Shown here: one piece after another, positions 8,600-10,581 of the stretch
Layout of the letters: each line of letters begins with the position of its first letter
Position numbering within the stretch: position 1 is the first letter of the stretch
NCBI RefSeq assembly: GCF_000150275.1
Contig: NW_002061027.1
Location: forward strand, 1-10,581
Reading direction: 5' to 3'
Origin: Trichoplax adhaerens
Lineage: Eukaryota; Animalia; Placozoa
DNA length: 10,581 nt
Made by a program: the position numbers and the translations under genes
Notes under the pieces: model-generated
Told to the model about the DNA's origin: nothing
The model's database searches: none
What the model saw: only the letters and a program-made list of their open reading frames with translations

Positions 8600-9703
8600 A
8601 TGCACGCTATAAAAAGGCTAATGGACATATTTAATCGGAAAAGCAAGAGTACCGAACAGGATACGTCTAATTTGATTGATGATTCAATCCTTGCTCAACA
8701 GGCTCAATTACTATATGAAGATGATCTGAAAAGTGGAGAGGAACGCCTTGCCCCGAATATTGAAGAAATGGAAGTTTTATCCCATATTTCTTTTGATTAT
8801 GAGAAGTTATGTGATATTTATCTACGCGTTTCCTACATGCATATTCAACGCAAAGAATTCACTAAGGCTGATCAATGGTGTAGCAAAGCCTATGAGTGGG
8901 CAAATACATATAACGTATTGAATAATCTTACGCTAACTCGTTGTATAAAGAGAAGAGGCGATATAAAAAGACTGGAAGGTGATTTAAGTCGTGCACTGGA
9001 AAATTATTCCCAATCATTAGAAGTCAAAAATAAGGCGTACGACATTGATAATGAAGAGACTATTAATTCAGCGCGAATTATTGGACATATTTATTATCTT
9101 CAGGGCAAGTATGATAAGGCTCTTGCACAGTATTCTATGATAATTGAAAACAGATCATTGTGGCTTAAAAATGAACGTGATGAAATTATTACTAAAGATT
9201 TTGCCTCAGCGGGATTTGCATGTATTAAGCTCGGAAAGTTTAGTAGCGCGCTTGAAAATTTTCAACGCTCTCTCCATTTAAGCCTTATGATCGATAGAGA
9301 AGACTTAGCTGCTGTATCCTATAATCACATTGCAAGTACTTATGATGATCAAGGCGAGTATAGTAAAGCTATTGACAGTTATAACGAATTACTGATCTCT
9401 TCCAAACTTGATGATAATCATCCCATTTTTGGTGAAACGTATAACAACATGGCAATTGTCCACTGCCATCAAGGAAACTTCGATCAGGCTTCTACCTTAA
9501 TTAGCAAAGCGCTTGAAATTTTTCTACCGAAATTGGATAAGCATCATCCCCATATCGCTTTGGTGAAAAAAAATTTAGCTCTCATTGTGTCTTATCAACA
9601 ATCACAGGATCATTCAGCAAATAAAAGCAGCGATATTGCTATTCATGATTTGGCAAAAATTTTGCAAAATAACCCTGAAAATTATCGAACTTCATTGCAG
9701 TAG
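8600..9703 (+). CDS. TPR-repeat protein (KLC/NPHP3-like), 367 aa, single ORF, diverged paralogue of the 1-1446 gene
   Basis: Present in the ORF track. TPR motifs IGHIYYLQGKYDKAL, SYNHIASTYDDQGEYSKAI, DNHPIFGETYNNMAIVHCHQGNFDQA and a capping HHPHIALVKKNL. GDIKRLEGDLSRALENYSQSLEVK aligns with GDCKRLQSDFMGALSDYNKSLQIK of the first gene. Confidence 0.93.
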   Translation: MHAIKRLMDIFNRKSKSTEQDTSNLIDDSILAQQAQLLYEDDLKSGEERLAPNIEEMEVLSHISFDYEKLCDIYLRVSYMHIQRKEFTKADQWCSKAYEWANTYNVLNNLTLTRCIKRRGDIKRLEGDLSRALENYSQSLEVKNKAYDIDNEETINSARIIGHIYYLQGKYDKALAQYSMIIENRSLWLKNERDEIITKDFASAGFACIKLGKFSSALENFQRSLHLSLMIDREDLAAVSYNHIASTYDDQGEYSKAIDSYNELLISSKLDDNHPIFGETYNNMAIVHCHQGNFDQASTLISKALEIFLPKLDKHHPHIALVKKNLALIVSYQQSQDHSANKSSDIAIHDLAKILQNNPENYRTSLQ

Positions 9704-10581
9704 TTATCTTGATGATACCGATAAAATTAAAATAATTTAACAAGGGCTATGAAAGCTGTAATTTAGTTCAAATTACTCATGATACTCAAAGAGTATAGCA
9801 TACTAGGTTAGTATACCAGTACTGTGATATCGAGATATGCTGCGATTTACTTCTGAGCTTATCTGCAATCAAGTTTTATGATGGAGTTCTTCTTCATAGA
9901 GAATCAGACTATAGTTAATAACAGTCTGAATAAACTAAGAATGCTAGATTAATCTTCGCCATGGTAACTAATTTATTTTACTGATTACAAAAGAGGTGAC
10001 ATTGTCAAAGTATACGATATGAACTTGACTGGCTTACCTAATAATCATTTCTTGTTGTTAGTCCATCGATTTAACTGGGCACTGCATACTGCACATGTCT
10101 AAAATTCAACGGTATAGACGCTAATATTTGCTAATTTAGATACTATGCATGTTTAGTGCACTTATAGGGGTCTATTTAGAATAATCTTGCTGGCTCAGTT
10201 TAGGAAGATTCATAAGGTATCATCGATTAGTGTTGGGGTTATAGCTTATAATACTTTAATTCGAATCACGTTTTAGAGTAACGTAAAATTACGGTGCTAC
10301 AGTTATAAAGCCATAAATGCTTCCAAAGTATATTTAATTAACGTATCGTGATTTTGATAATTTTGTTTGAATGTGCCATAATAAAGTAATAAAGAAGGTT
10401 AAAGTTTTCGATCTCTTTTTTAATTTGAGTTGGAGAAAAAAATGTAGCACTCTTACAATTATTCCATACAAATACGTGAGCTGAATGCAAGATTTAGGCG
10501 ACTAATCTTACCAGTCCTTAACTGTTTATTTATTGACTTCTTCCATGGCTATCCAATAATAGTGCCATAAATTCTGATTTT

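Noticed and set aside
8733-8921. 62-aa alternative-frame ORF
   Set aside because: A shadow ORF inside the TPR CDS with a non-ATG start.

Overview
AT-rich eukaryotic (animal-like) genomic DNA with two assembly gaps (5666-5719 and 7678-7727). A placozoan such as Trichoplax is an inference from the gene family, not something the sequence proves. Three genes are readable. (1) An uninterrupted minus-strand ORF absent from the ORF track (ATG at 1446, running off the window at base 1, at least 482 aa). It encodes 42-aa kinesin-light-chain/nephrocystin-3-type TPR repeats on an exact 126-bp DNA period. The central units are nearly identical in DNA, but their differences are mostly amino-acid-changing and cluster on one face of TPR helix A, the pattern expected of a diversifying binding surface. 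(2) A spliced minus-strand JKAMP (JNK1/MAPK8-associated membrane protein) homologue at about 5506-7320, also invisible to the ORF track. Its central exons are not found and it carries other lesions, so it is a probable pseudogene or a misassembly. (3) A divergently oriented single-ORF TPR paralogue at 8600-9703 with degenerate repeats. There is also a 72/74-bp direct repeat (5837-5908, 7728-7801) and a ~30-bp A/B alternating minisatellite next to the second gap. All translations and comparisons were made by eye, and reference protein sequences are recalled from memory, not searched.
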